In this document: one piece after another, positions 8,147 to 17,835 of the stretch
How positions within the stretch are numbered: the first letter of the stretch is position 1
How the letters are laid out: each line of letters starts with the position of its first letter
Assembly (NCBI GenBank): GCA_027532775.1
Contig: JAPZTO010000006.1
Span: 136,047-200,046 of the forward strand
DNA length: 64,000 nt
Direction: 5' to 3'
DNA from: Beijerinckiaceae bacterium
GTDB taxonomy: Bacteria; Pseudomonadota; Alphaproteobacteria; Rhizobiales; Beijerinckiaceae
Made by a program: the position numbers and the translations under genes
The notes under the pieces: model-generated
Told to the model about the DNA's origin: nothing
Seen by the model: only the letters and a program-made list of their open reading frames with translations
Databases searched by the model: none

Positions 8147-10546
8147 ATGGACGCCGCGGGAAGCAAGTCGGGACGCCGGAAGCCAGGCCGGGCCGTCGCA
8201 CCCGAAGCACGGCGTCCGCCGGACAGCACCGCGACTGCCAAGGCCGGCAAACCGGCAACGAAGGTTGCGGACATTCCCGTCCGCAAAGGCAAGGCAGCAG
8301 AACCGGGCAAGACCGCCGAAAAGGGCAAGACCGCCGAAAAAGCCAAAGCGCGCGACAAGAACAAGACGCCTGAGAAGAACAAGGCAACCGGCAAGGCGCG
8401 AACTGTCGAGAAGGCCAAGTCGGCCGAGAAGGCCAAGTCCCCCGAGAAGGCCAAGTCCCCCGAGAAAGGCAAGTCGGCGGACAAGAGCAAAGGCGCGACG
8501 GCCTCGACCCCGTCAACCAAGATGAAAGGCGCTTTGCCGCCGGTCATGGCGAAGGGCCGCGCAGGGGTGATCGAAGTCAGCGTGGCGGCTCCGCCTGTCA
8601 AGCCGGCCTCCGCCAAGCAAGCCTCCGACAAGGTGGCCGCACCGGCCCGGCCTGTCTCTGCCAGCGATGTCCCTCCCCCGCCCAAGCCTGCGGCGGCGCC
8701 CGAGAGATCGGCGGCGGCGCCTGACAAGCCTGCAGCAGCGAACCAGAACGGTACAACGCCCGAGCCGGCCCTGCCGCCGCCGCTCGACATGGAGAAGCTC
8801 ACGCAGGTCTCGACCGAGATCCTGACCGAAAGCGGCAAGGCCGGTGCCGCCATGCTGAAGGCGCTCGAGACCGGCGAAGCGGCCAGCCTCGTGCCCGACG
8901 AAGGCGCGGAAATCGCCAAGACGCTGGGCGCCGTGGCACAATACTGGCTGCAGGACCCCAAAAGGCTGGTCGAGGCGCAGAAGAATATCTCGCTCGACCT
9001 GATCAACCTGTGGAACGCCACGTTGCATCATGTCAGCGGCGACAAGCCGGAACCGGTGGCGCAGATGCCGGCGCGGGACGCGCGCTTCGCTGATCCGGAA
9101 TGGAACGAGCACCCCTATTTCAACTTCCTGAAACAGGCTTATTTCCTGGGTTCGAACTGGGTCCAGGGGCTCGTCGACAAGGCCGAGACGCTGGATGACC
9201 ACACCAAGCTCAAGGCCGCCTTCTATGTGCGCCAGCTGGCCAGTGCGCTTTCGCCATCGAATTTCGTGATGACCAATCCCGAACTGCTCCGCACCACAAT
9301 CCAGGAGCAGGGCGAGAATATCGCGCGGGGCATGAAGATGCTCGCCGAGGATATCGATGCCGGGAAGGGTGAATTGCGCATCCGCCAGACCGATGGCAGC
9401 GCCTTCGAGGTGGGCAAGAACCTCGCGACGACGCCGGGCAAGGTGGTGTTCCGGAACGAGCTGTTCGAGCTGATCCAGTACACGCCGATGACGGAAACCG
9501 TCTTCAAGACGCCGTTGCTGATCGTGCCGCCCTGGATCAACAAGTTCTACATTCTCGATCTCAACCCCGAGAAGAGCTTCATCCGCTGGGCTGTCAGCCA
9601 GGGGCTGACCGTTTTCGTGATCTCGTGGATCAACCCGGATGCCCGGCACCGGACCTACGATTTCGAAGCCTATATGAAGAAGGGCGTTCTCGAGGCGATC
9701 CGACAGATCGAGGAAGCCACGGGCGAGAAATCGGTCGATACGATCGGCTATTGCGTTGGCGGCACGCTTCTCGCGGTGACCCTCGCCTATATCGCGCAGG
9801 GCAAGCGGCCGGAGCGGATCCGAAGCGCCACCTTCTTCACCACACAGGTGGATTTCACCCATGCCGGCGAGTTGCTGGCTTTCGTCGACGAGCAGCAGAT
9901 TGCGGCGGTCGAGGAGATCATGGCCAAGTTCGGCTACCTGCCGGGCGAGAAAATGGCCGGTGCCTTCAACATGCTGCGGCCGAATGACCTCATCTGGTCA
10001 TATATGGTCAATAACTATCTCAAGGGGAAGCAGCCACCGGCCTTCGACCTGCTGTTCTGGAATTCCGATTCCACGCGCATGGCCGAGGCCAATCACAGCT
10101 ACTACCTGCGCAATTGCTACCTTCATAACCGGCTCGCCAAGGGCGAGATGGTGATCGGCGGGCGGAAGCTCGACCTGAAGAAGGTGACGATCCCGATCTA
10201 CAATCTCGCCGCGAAGGAAGACCATATCGCGCCAGCCAAGTCGGTCTTTGTCGGCTCGGGGCTGTTCGGCGGCCCGGTCACCTATGTCATGGCCGGGAGT
10301 GGCCATATCGCCGGCGTGATCAACCCCGCCTCCAAGCCGAAATACCAGTACTGGACCGGCGGCCCCGTGCACGGCACGTTCGAGCAATGGGTCAACCAGG
10401 CGACCGAGCATCCCGGCACCTGGTGGCCGAACTGGCTGGACTGGGTGACCAAAGGCGGCAAGCGGGTTGCCGCGCGGATACCCGGGGATGGCAAGCTGAA
10501 GCCGTTGGCCGATGCGCCGGGCACCTATGTTCGGATCAAGGCCTGA
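8147..10546 (+). CDS. phaC: Class I poly(3-hydroxyalkanoate) synthase with ~214 aa low-complexity N-terminal extension
   Basis: PPWINKFYILDL, lipase-box-like GYCVGG (catalytic Cys), DLLFWNSDST, AKEDHIAP, GSGHIAG. GGAGG RBS favours ATG 8147 over 8123. Confidence 0.95.
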   Translation: MDAAGSKSGRRKPGRAVAPEARRPPDSTATAKAGKPATKVADIPVRKGKAAEPGKTAEKGKTAEKAKARDKNKTPEKNKATGKARTVEKAKSAEKAKSPEKAKSPEKGKSADKSKGATASTPSTKMKGALPPVMAKGRAGVIEVSVAAPPVKPASAKQASDKVAAPARPVSASDVPPPPKPAAAPERSAAAPDKPAAANQNGTTPEPALPPPLDMEKLTQVSTEILTESGKAGAAMLKALETGEAASLVPDEGAEIAKTLGAVAQYWLQDPKRLVEAQKNISLDLINLWNATLHHVSGDKPEPVAQMPARDARFADPEWNEHPYFNFLKQAYFLGSNWVQGLVDKAETLDDHTKLKAAFYVRQLASALSPSNFVMTNPELLRTTIQEQGENIARGMKMLAEDIDAGKGELRIRQTDGSAFEVGKNLATTPGKVVFRNELFELIQYTPMTETVFKTPLLIVPPWINKFYILDLNPEKSFIRWAVSQGLTVFVISWINPDARHRTYDFEAYMKKGVLEAIRQIEEATGEKSVDTIGYCVGGTLLAVTLAYIAQGKRPERIRSATFFTTQVDFTHAGELLAFVDEQQIAAVEEIMAKFGYLPGEKMAGAFNMLRPNDLIWSYMVNNYLKGKQPPAFDLLFWNSDSTRMAEANHSYYLRNCYLHNRLAKGEMVIGGRKLDLKKVTIPIYNLAAKEDHIAPAKSVFVGSGLFGGPVTYVMAGSGHIAGVINPASKPKYQYWTGGPVHGTFEQWVNQATEHPGTWWPNWLDWVTKGGKRVAARIPGDGKLKPLADAPGTYVRIKA
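8300..8497 (+). repeat. Eleven imperfect 18-bp tandem units inside phaC encoding (E/D)K(A/G/N)K(S/T/A)(A/P)
   Basis: EPGKTA EKGKTA EKAKAR DKNKTP EKNKAT GKARTV EKAKSA EKAKSP EKAKSP EKGKSA DKSKGA; units at 8426 and 8444 are identical (gagaaggccaagtccccc). Confidence 0.85.
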
Positions 10547-10681
10547 GACCGCGCGCCTGTTCCCTCGCCTCTGCTGACTGATTGCCGAAGCCCGCCCGGG
10601 GTGGCCAACCCGTGCTGCCGCGTCGGTCGAGCTAGCCGGCCAGCCGGGCAGATGCCCCGTTTTGGACCGGATCATCAGCAC

Positions 10682-10708
10682 AAAAAAAGGGACCGGTTTC
10701 CCGGTCCC
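10682..10708 (-). terminator. Rho-independent terminator of the FadL-like gene
   Basis: Minus strand GGGACCGG-GAAA-CCGGTCCC followed by T7. Confidence 0.85.
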
Positions 10709-10748
10709 CTCGCCCCCTGCAGGCTTATGGGATGAAGCGGCAGGCCGC

Positions 10749-12041
10749 TCAGAACTTTGCGATAACCGGCGCTTCCTTCTTCACCGGCGCGCCCCAGCGC
10801 GAGGTCAGGCCGAAGGAGAGAAGATGGGCATCACCCTTCGATTCCCCGACGAAGACCGAGCCAGCCGTCAGCGTCTGGGTGATCGGCGCCTTCTTGATGT
10901 GGAGATACGAGTAGGAGGCGTTGATGCTCATCCGCTCGGACCAGTCATAGGTGAAGCCGGTCGAGAGCCAGAGGCGGTCATTATCCGGCAGCGAGGCGCG
11001 GCGGACGGCATCCGTCACCGGCGAGATCTCGTAACCGACACCGGCACGCAGCGTCAGCTTGTCGTTGTAGCGATATTCGCCGCCGAGCGAGAAGAACCAG
11101 CCGTCGCTGTAGCCGAACGGCAGGACAGCCGGGAAGCCCGCCGCCTGGTTCTTGAGCGCGGCATGGCCGATACGGCCCCAGTTCTGCCACTCCACCGAGG
11201 CGAGCAGGTCGAACTTGGTGTGCAGCGTCTGGCGCAGCGAGAGGTTGATACGGTTCGGAAGGTTGAGCGTGCCCTTCGAATTCGACGAGGAAGCCGCGCC
11301 GAACACCGTGGTGCCCTCGATCGGCTGGTCGATGAACGAGCGCCAGCCAAGGCCGATCTGCGTCGTCTTGGTCGGGGTGAAGGTGAGGCCTGCGGTCATG
11401 CCGAAGCCCCAGCCGTCAGCCTGCGTGATCCCGGCACCGGCGGCACCGGCCGGCGGCGTGGGCACAACCTGGCGGGCACTGGCATACTGGATCTGCAAGC
11501 CGACGCCGAACGACCACATCTCGTTGAGCTTGTAGGCCACGGAGGGCGTCAGCGTGATGATGCGGAGCTTGGTCGTCGAGGCGATGAAGCTGGTGCGCGA
11601 GAGCGGATCGGCCTTGGTGGTGTTGCCATAGGTCGAGTTCAGCGAAACGCCGAGATAGATCTTCTCGCTCAGCGGATACACCACGTAGGTGGCAGGCACG
11701 AAGTAATCCATGCCGATATCGCCGGAGAGCGGGCGGGCATTGAGGCCGGGGTTCAGCGGCGAGGCGCCGGTATAGGTGCCGGTGATCTTCGTGGTCGGAA
11801 TGCCAAACGTGTAGTTCGAATCCAGCGTGAAGCGGTTGAAGCCGGTCATCGTGGCCGGGTTCATGAACATGGAGGCCGCCGAGCTCGAGCCCGGCGCCGC
11901 GGCGCCCGCATAGGCCGAGCCGTTGAAAACCGTGCTCTGCGAAGAGTTGATGAAGCCACCGGCCAGCGCCGGTGCCGCAAAGGCGCCCGCGAGGGCGAGG
12001 CCCGTGCTTGCGGCGAGTGCGGTTTTCAAAATCGATTTCAT
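10749..12041 (-). CDS. Outer-membrane long-chain fatty acid transporter, FadL/OmpP1/TodX family
   Basis: Signal peptide, GGFINSSQS..GSAYAG, ASMFMNPATM hatch motif, SLPDNDRLWLSTG, beta-strand pattern, terminal Phe. Confidence 0.88.
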   Translation of the reverse strand: MKSILKTALAASTGLALAGAFAAPALAGGFINSSQSTVFNGSAYAGAAAPGSSSAASMFMNPATMTGFNRFTLDSNYTFGIPTTKITGTYTGASPLNPGLNARPLSGDIGMDYFVPATYVVYPLSEKIYLGVSLNSTYGNTTKADPLSRTSFIASTTKLRIITLTPSVAYKLNEMWSFGVGLQIQYASARQVVPTPPAGAAGAGITQADGWGFGMTAGLTFTPTKTTQIGLGWRSFIDQPIEGTTVFGAASSSNSKGTLNLPNRINLSLRQTLHTKFDLLASVEWQNWGRIGHAALKNQAAGFPAVLPFGYSDGWFFSLGGEYRYNDKLTLRAGVGYEISPVTDAVRRASLPDNDRLWLSTGFTYDWSERMSINASYSYLHIKKAPITQTLTAGSVFVGESKGDAHLLSFGLTSRWGAPVKKEAPVIAKF

Positions 12042-12471
12042 ACCATGCCCCTTGCGTTACCCGGCGCTCATGTGAATCGGACGCCGTTTGTCCCGTCTTC
12101 ACCATTTTGCAGAGCCGATTACGCCATGCAACCGTCACATTTCCGGAGCGCCCGCGCCCTCGAAAGCCATGCTGCACTGCCAAATCCTGCAAATTGCCGG
12201 GGTTTCCGAGGGGGTCCGGAGAAAATCGTCCGGAAATTTGGTTCATGGGTGAACTTTGCCCGACAATCCGACCGGAGTCACGAGGTCCGGTTGCCCCCAA
12301 ATCTTCCGATCCCGGTCATGCTTTTGTAACTAGTGTTGCGCGTCGACAACAATCGGCCGGCGACCGTCCGCTTTTTCGCGAAGACCACGCGAAGTCCCGC
12401 CTTGCAAAGCCCTGACGTTCAGCGTTCTATGCGGCGGGGGAGTACGATCAAGGCGTGATGCGGGGTATCCA

Positions 12472-13320
12472 ATGAAACTGGTCAGGTTTGGGCAACCGGG
12501 AAAAGAAAAGCCGGGGCTCATCGATGGGCAGGGCAAGATCCGTGATCTTTCGGACCATGTTCCGGATATCGCGGGCAACGCCCTTTCCAGGAAGTCACTT
12601 GCCAAGATTGCCAAGCTGAAGGTGGACAAGCTGCCGCTCGTGCGGGGCCGGCCGCGCCTCGGCGCCTGTGTCGGCGACGTTGGCAATTTCATCGCTGTCG
12701 GGCTGAATTACGCCGATCATGCGGCAGAGACCGGGGCGCCGATTCCGGTGGAACCGATTCTCTTCAACAAGGCGCCGTCCTGCATCGTCGGTCCGAATGA
12801 CGATGTGACGATCCCGCGTGGCTCGCAGAAGACCGACTGGGAAGTCGAGCTGGCGATCGTGATCGGCGAGCGTTGCAGCTATGTCGAGGAAAAGGACGCG
12901 ATGAGCGTCATTGCCGGCTTCTGCGTCTGCAATGACGTGTCGGAGCGCGCCTATCAGATCGAGGGCACCGGCCAGTGGATGAAGGGCAAGGGCTGCCCGA
13001 CTTTCGGCCCGCTTGGTCCGTGGCTCGTCACGCCGGACGAGATTGCCGATGTGCAGAAGCTCGGCATGTGGCTCGATGTGAACGGCAAGCGGATGCAGAA
13101 CGGCTCCACGGCCACGATGATCTTCGGCGTGACATTCCTGGTCTCCTACATTTCGAAGTTCCTGATGCTCGAACCGGGCGATGTCATCACCACGGGCACG
13201 CCGCCGGGCGTCGGCATGGGCATGAAGCCGCAGGTCTATCTCAAGCCGGGCGATATCGTGCGCCTCGGAATTGACGGGCTCGGCGAGCAGAAGCAGCTCT
13301 TCAACGCCTGGCAGGGCTGA
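12472..13320 (+). CDS. Fumarylacetoacetate hydrolase family protein
   Basis: VGLNYADH, DWEVELAIVIG, NDVSER, KGKGCPTFGPLGP, GDVITTGTPPGVG. Confidence 0.92.
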   Translation: MKLVRFGQPGKEKPGLIDGQGKIRDLSDHVPDIAGNALSRKSLAKIAKLKVDKLPLVRGRPRLGACVGDVGNFIAVGLNYADHAAETGAPIPVEPILFNKAPSCIVGPNDDVTIPRGSQKTDWEVELAIVIGERCSYVEEKDAMSVIAGFCVCNDVSERAYQIEGTGQWMKGKGCPTFGPLGPWLVTPDEIADVQKLGMWLDVNGKRMQNGSTATMIFGVTFLVSYISKFLMLEPGDVITTGTPPGVGMGMKPQVYLKPGDIVRLGIDGLGEQKQLFNAWQG

Positions 13321-13332
13321 GCACCGGCAGGA

Positions 13333-14316
13333 TCAGCGCGCCCAGGCTCTGGCCAGCGCGCTGATATTGCCTCCGAGCATCCCATCCCAGATATCGCCCT
13401 CCCCGAGCGCGAGCCCACCCGGCACGCGTTCCGGGAAGCGGCGCGCATAGAGCGGCAACCAGCTAAGCTGGCCGCGCGCCAGCGGCTTCTGCGTCGCATT
13501 CGCCTTGATCGCCATGGATTTCGGATCTGCGTAGTTCTCGAGCACCAGCCGGGCAAGGCGGTGGATCGCGGCATCCTTGCGAGGATACCAGTTCTCGCCG
13601 CGCCGGGCCGCGAGTTCGGCCAGCATGACCAGCGGCTTGATCGAGAAGGCGTGGTAATGCAGCGCCATGCCTGCCCGGGCGGTTTCGCGCGGGAGGCTGC
13701 CATCCCGCTCGATATGCGTCATCGCCTCGGCATAGGTCTCCGCGGCCAGCGCCCAGTGGCGGGCATTCCCCGTCGCTGTCGCGGAAGCGCCAAGTGCGAA
13801 GCCGAGCCAATAGTAATGGTTGTTCGGTTGTGCCTTGCGCTTCGGATAATCAGCCGCCACGGCATTGGCGACGCGGTCCAGCCAGAGCTCGATCTGCCGG
13901 CGCTCGGCCTCGGGCAGGTCCGGCTTGGCCATGAGATAGGCCATGGCAATGGCGGCAAGCGCCCATTTCCGCTCGTAATGCGCCTGGATCTCGCTCATCC
14001 GCCCCAGCAGGGCGCCACCGGCAGCCCAATGCGCGATCCAGCGCCCCGCGCATTGGTTCCAGGTCTTGCTGCCGGCAAGGCCGCGGCTGGAAAATCGCGT
14101 CACCTCGCGCCGGAAATCCTCAAGCGGCTTGACCGAGGCCATCCGGCGATCCCAGGCAGCCTGGTCGACGATGGAATTGGCCTTGTCGGTGTAGAAGCGG
14201 TTCGAGGTGATGTCGACAACAGCGGCCGGCGGCGGCGGGCAGGTTTCCTGCCCCCGGGCGGAGGAGGCCAGGATCAGGCCGACAACAAGCGCAACAGGCA
14301 GGACAAGGCGATGCAT
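13333..14316 (-). CDS. Exported alginate lyase, AlgL/PL5-like
   Basis: True start ATG 14316 (MHRLVLPVALVVGLILASSARG signal); NNHYYW matches the PL5 NNHSYW motif; DGSLPRETARAGMALHYHAFS. The longer 15063 frame merely overlaps argC. Confidence 0.8.
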   Translation of the reverse strand: MHRLVLPVALVVGLILASSARGQETCPPPPAAVVDITSNRFYTDKANSIVDQAAWDRRMASVKPLEDFRREVTRFSSRGLAGSKTWNQCAGRWIAHWAAGGALLGRMSEIQAHYERKWALAAIAMAYLMAKPDLPEAERRQIELWLDRVANAVAADYPKRKAQPNNHYYWLGFALGASATATGNARHWALAAETYAEAMTHIERDGSLPRETARAGMALHYHAFSIKPLVMLAELAARRGENWYPRKDAAIHRLARLVLENYADPKSMAIKANATQKPLARGQLSWLPLYARRFPERVPGGLALGEGDIWDGMLGGNISALARAWAR

Positions 14317-14363
14317 CAGGGTTCTCCCGCCCCGAAACATCGCCCGAACATGGCAAGGAAGCG

Positions 14364-15320
14364 TTACATCCCGACCATCAGCTTGAGATTCTGCACCGCC
14401 GCGCCCGAGGCGCCCTTGCCGAGATTGTCGAGCCGGGCGACGAGCACAGCCTGGCCCCGCGCGGCATTGCCGAACACGAAGAGTTCCAGCCTGTTGGTGC
14501 TGTTGAGCGCCTCCGGCTCGAGCTTGCCCTTGAGCGCGAGGGTCTCCTCCTCGCTGGCGACATGCACGAAGGTGCTGCCGGCATAATGCGCGGCGAGCGT
14601 GTTGCGCAGGTCGTTGATGCTGGTGCCGGCGCGCAAGGTCGAGAGATGAAGAGGCACGGAAACCAGCATCCCCTGCCGGAAATTGCCGACGGAGGGCACG
14701 AAGACCGGAGTGCGGGACAACGTGGAATAGGCCGTGAGTTCCGGCAGGTGCTTGTGCGCAAGCCCGAGGCCATAGAGTTCGAAGGCCGGCGCGACGCCGG
14801 TCTCGTAAGCCTCGATCATGCCCTTGCCACCGCCGGAATAGCCGGACACGGCGTTGATCGTCACCGGATGGTCCTTCGCCATGATGCCGGCATCGACAAG
14901 CGGCCGCAGCAGCGCGATGCCGCCGGTCGGATAGCAGCCCGGATTGGCGACGCGCTCCGCCGCGGCAATCCGCGCGGCATGGCCGGGCGCGAGTTCGGGG
15001 AAACCATAGACCCAGCCCGGCGCGACGCGATGGGCGGTCGAGGCATCGATGAAGCGCGGGCAATCGCTGCCCAATGTCTCGCCGAGGGCCACGGCTTCCT
15101 TGGCGGCCTCGTCGGGCAGGCAGAGGATGACGACATCGACGCCGGCCATCAGCGCCTTCTTGGCGCCGACATCCTTGCGGGCTTCCGGCGCGATGGACCG
15201 GATCTCGAAACCGGGCTCGCGGGCCAGCAGATCGCGGATCTGGAGGCCGGTGGTTCCGGCCTCGCCATCGATGAAGACGGCAGGTTTCGCACCCTTGAGC
15301 GGGGAGAACTGTGCAGACAT
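14364..15320 (-). CDS. argC: N-acetyl-gamma-glutamyl-phosphate reductase (type 2)
   Basis: [47 protein letters not shown]. Confidence 0.95.
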   Translation of the reverse strand: MSAQFSPLKGAKPAVFIDGEAGTTGLQIRDLLAREPGFEIRSIAPEARKDVGAKKALMAGVDVVILCLPDEAAKEAVALGETLGSDCPRFIDASTAHRVAPGWVYGFPELAPGHAARIAAAERVANPGCYPTGGIALLRPLVDAGIMAKDHPVTINAVSGYSGGGKGMIEAYETGVAPAFELYGLGLAHKHLPELTAYSTLSRTPVFVPSVGNFRQGMLVSVPLHLSTLRAGTSINDLRNTLAAHYAGSTFVHVASEEETLALKGKLEPEALNSTNRLELFVFGNAARGQAVLVARLDNLGKGASGAAVQNLKLMVGM

Positions 15321-15395
15321 GGGATGACTCCAGGAATGGGCGGCAGGCAGCGGTTAAGGCCGCAAGATGTCAGAGGGATGAATCCGGCTACCGGA

Positions 15396-15440
15396 TTATC
15401 CTCGTCGTCGCATCGCGATGTGACAGGCCCTGAGGGGCAT
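15396..15440 (-). promoter_or_regulatory. Candidate Arg-rich leader peptide MPLRACHIAMRRRG* with overlapping hairpin upstream of argC
   Basis: GGAGAG RBS at 15450-15445; Arg codons AGG and CGA-CGA-CGA; stop codon lies in the hairpin AATCCGG-TAG-CCGGATT (15381-15397); 75 nt before argC. Confidence 0.5.
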
Positions 15441-15544
15441 CACGCTCTCCCGGATGGCAAGGGCGCCAATCCTGGGCGCCAATGCCGCGATGCATGCCGG
15501 CTTCACGCCGGAAATGCAAGCGGATTTGCGCAGCAGCCCCGTGC

Positions 15545-15871
15545 TCAGGAGACGCGACGGCTGCGGTTGAGGAAGGCTGCGAAGAACAGCCAGGGCAGGA
15601 TCAGCCCGCTGCCGGCGAGGATCAGGCCGAGAAGCCGGCCGAACTGCATAGCCTGTGGCGCGTTGTTGGCCAGGGCCGGCATGAACTGGATCAACCCGAA
15701 GGCGAGGATCGGCGTGAAGAAGGCCGCGAGGCTCCAGCGGATGCGGACGCCAAGCGCCTTGCCCGGTGCGAACAGGATCAGGATCGCCGGGAGGAAGACC
15801 AGGAGTGCAATCAGGCCGAGGGCAAAGGCGCGCATGGGATTCCGGTTCGATTTGGGTTCGGGCATTCCCAT
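15545..15871 (-). CDS. Hypothetical membrane protein (about 3 TM)
   Basis: Three hydrophobic stretches in 108 aa. Confidence 0.65.
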   Translation of the reverse strand: MGMPEPKSNRNPMRAFALGLIALLVFLPAILILFAPGKALGVRIRWSLAAFFTPILAFGLIQFMPALANNAPQAMQFGRLLGLILAGSGLILPWLFFAAFLNRSRRVS

Positions 15872-16002
15872 AGCCGGAGGCGGCCGTCCCCGCTAGGACG
15901 AAATCTCGCCGGGCGCGTAGGGATGCGCCGGATGGAAGAGAATGGGTCCGGGCTTGCGGGGGCCTGTCGATCCGCTATTCCTCAACAAAGAAGGAAACGC
16001 GC

Positions 16003-16758
16003 ATGAACCTCCCGACCGGCAATCCCCGCCTCGATGCCTATCTCGCCCGCGGTTACGAGGAGGTGCGGGGAATGTCCTCCGGCTTTGCTGCCTCCATCGC
16101 CGGCCATCTCATCCGCCGGCAATCCGAGATGGGGATCGGCGGCCATCTGGCGGAAATCGGCACCTTCGAAGGGCGGTTCTTCATCGCCATGGCGCTGGGC
16201 CTGAAGGCCGGGGAACATGCGATCGGTGTCGATGTCTTCACCTGGCCGAGCGAGAAGGTGCTGGACAATCTCCACGCGCATTGCCGGCGCTTCGGCCTCG
16301 GCCCCGCGGAATACACTGCGATCAAGGGCAATACGCGCGGCATGACGGGGGATGACCTGCTCGCCCCGGCCGGCGGTGGCGCGATCCGCTTCTTCCATAT
16401 CGATGGCGAGCATGACGATGCGAATGTCACGCAGGATCTCGACCTCGCCGCGCCATTGATGCATCCGCACGGGCTGATCTGCCTCGATGACATGCTGCAT
16501 CCCGGCTATCCGGAACTGACCGAGAGCGTGCATCGCTGGCTGCGCGCGCACCCCGAATGGCGGGTGCTCGCCATTCTCGACCGGGAGGATATTGTCGCGG
16601 CGGCGAAATATGTGCTCTGCCGGGTTGAGAGCGTGGCTCTCTACGAAAAAGACCTGCTGGAGGCTTTCGCCGCGCAGGTCTTTCCGATGGGCGCCGAATG
16701 TGTCGGCCATTTCACGATGGTTCTGACCCCGACGCCGCGCCTCGCGATCGTGGACTGA
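16003..16758 (+). CDS. Class I SAM-dependent methyltransferase (Methyltransf_24-like)
   Basis: LAEIGTFEGR, IGVDVF, FFHIDGEH, GLICLDD motifs. Confidence 0.82.
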   Translation: MNLPTGNPRLDAYLARGYEEVRGMSSGFAASIAGHLIRRQSEMGIGGHLAEIGTFEGRFFIAMALGLKAGEHAIGVDVFTWPSEKVLDNLHAHCRRFGLGPAEYTAIKGNTRGMTGDDLLAPAGGGAIRFFHIDGEHDDANVTQDLDLAAPLMHPHGLICLDDMLHPGYPELTESVHRWLRAHPEWRVLAILDREDIVAAAKYVLCRVESVALYEKDLLEAFAAQVFPMGAECVGHFTMVLTPTPRLAIVD

Positions 16759-16785
16759 TCGCCAGACGGCTTGTTCCGGGCGAAG

Positions 16786-17649
16786 TTACTCTGGCCTGAC
16801 TTGCCGGATGCGCTGTCCCTCCGGCTTCGGGCGGACGACATTGACGGGGCCGTTGGCCTGCGGGCCATGGACGGGGCCGTTGGCCTGCGGGCCATGACGG
16901 TGCCGCGGGCCCGTTACCACCACGGCACCGGAACGGCCGGGTGTCACGAATGCATCATCCGAGCGCAGGACCGGGCGGGCTGCCGGCGTGCGCGGATGCA
17001 CGGTGACAATCCCGTCGCGGCGGGTCCGCCAGGAGCCGGCATCCTCGCGATAGGCCGAGGAATAGGTGTTCCGCGGCTGCGGGCGGGGCCGGTAGGCATA
17101 GCCATAGGGGCGGTCTACCTCGGCATGGGACTGGGCCCATTGACGCTGCGGCCGGCGCTGGAGACCGTTCTCGACATAGACATCGGCATGGGCCGCCGCG
17201 CGATGGCGATAGCCCTGCGGATGGTGCCCGTAGGCCGGGCGATGGCGCCAGGTCTGGCCGTGGCGCCCCTCATAGGCACGGGGATGGATGCTCTCGGGGC
17301 GATAGGCGTAGCCCGGGCGATAGGCATGGTTGCGCCGGGCGATATAGGCCGGCGTATGGCCATCGCCATATTCGACCATCACCGAGCGGCGGCTGCGAAC
17401 CGGGCGATGCCCGAAGGCATAGGGCGTGGCGCAACGGCAATTCTCGTCCCAGACCGTATGGCGGTTGCCATAGCCGCGGCCATGATGGCCATAATGGCCG
17501 TAACCATGAATGCCGCCGGAGGAAACATCCGGCACCGGGTGGTAATAGACCAGCGGGAAGCCCGGCTGGTAATGCTGCGCCTGCGCCTGGGCAGGGGCGG
17601 AAAAGCCGAAGACGGCCAGAAAACCGGAAGCCAGAACTGCGCGGAACAT
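16786..17649 (-). CDS. Exported Tyr/His/Arg/Gly/Pro-rich low-complexity protein
   Basis: Signal MFRAVLASGFLAVFGFSAPAQA; GGAGG-like context upstream; biased composition. Confidence 0.65.
   Translation of the reverse strand: MFRAVLASGFLAVFGFSAPAQAQAQHYQPGFPLVYYHPVPDVSSGGIHGYGHYGHHGRGYGNRHTVWDENCRCATPYAFGHRPVRSRRSVMVEYGDGHTPAYIARRNHAYRPGYAYRPESIHPRAYEGRHGQTWRHRPAYGHHPQGYRHRAAAHADVYVENGLQRRPQRQWAQSHAEVDRPYGYAYRPRPQPRNTYSSAYREDAGSWRTRRDGIVTVHPRTPAARPVLRSDDAFVTPGRSGAVVVTGPRHRHGPQANGPVHGPQANGPVNVVRPKPEGQRIRQVRPE
16843..16896. repeat. Perfect 27-bp tandem duplication (HGPQANGPV x2)
   Basis: gacggggccgttggcctgcgggccatg at 16843 and 16870. Confidence 0.92.
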
Positions 17650-17776
17650 GATGGACCTCTAACGCGAAACAGGCCTCCACTAGGACTCGCTTCAGCAGTT
17701 GCGTCAATCTGGGACAGGCGCCCGACGCTGATTTCCTTTCTGTTAACATTACCGCCGGGGCGGGTTCCGGCAGCGC

Positions 17777-17808
17777 AAAAAGAAAAAGGCCCGGTTTCCC
17801 GGGCCTTT
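17777..17808 (-). terminator. Rho-independent terminator of rplM-rpsI
   Basis: Minus strand AAAGGCCCGG-GAAA-CCGGGCCTTT followed by TTCTTTTT. Confidence 0.85.
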
Positions 17809-17835
17809 CGCAATTCTGGGTTCGACGAGGCGCGA

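Noticed and set aside
14317-15063. N-terminal extension of the 576 aa ORF suggesting a fused lyase
   Set aside because: It is an alternate frame inside argC; the lyase has its own ATG and signal peptide at 14316.
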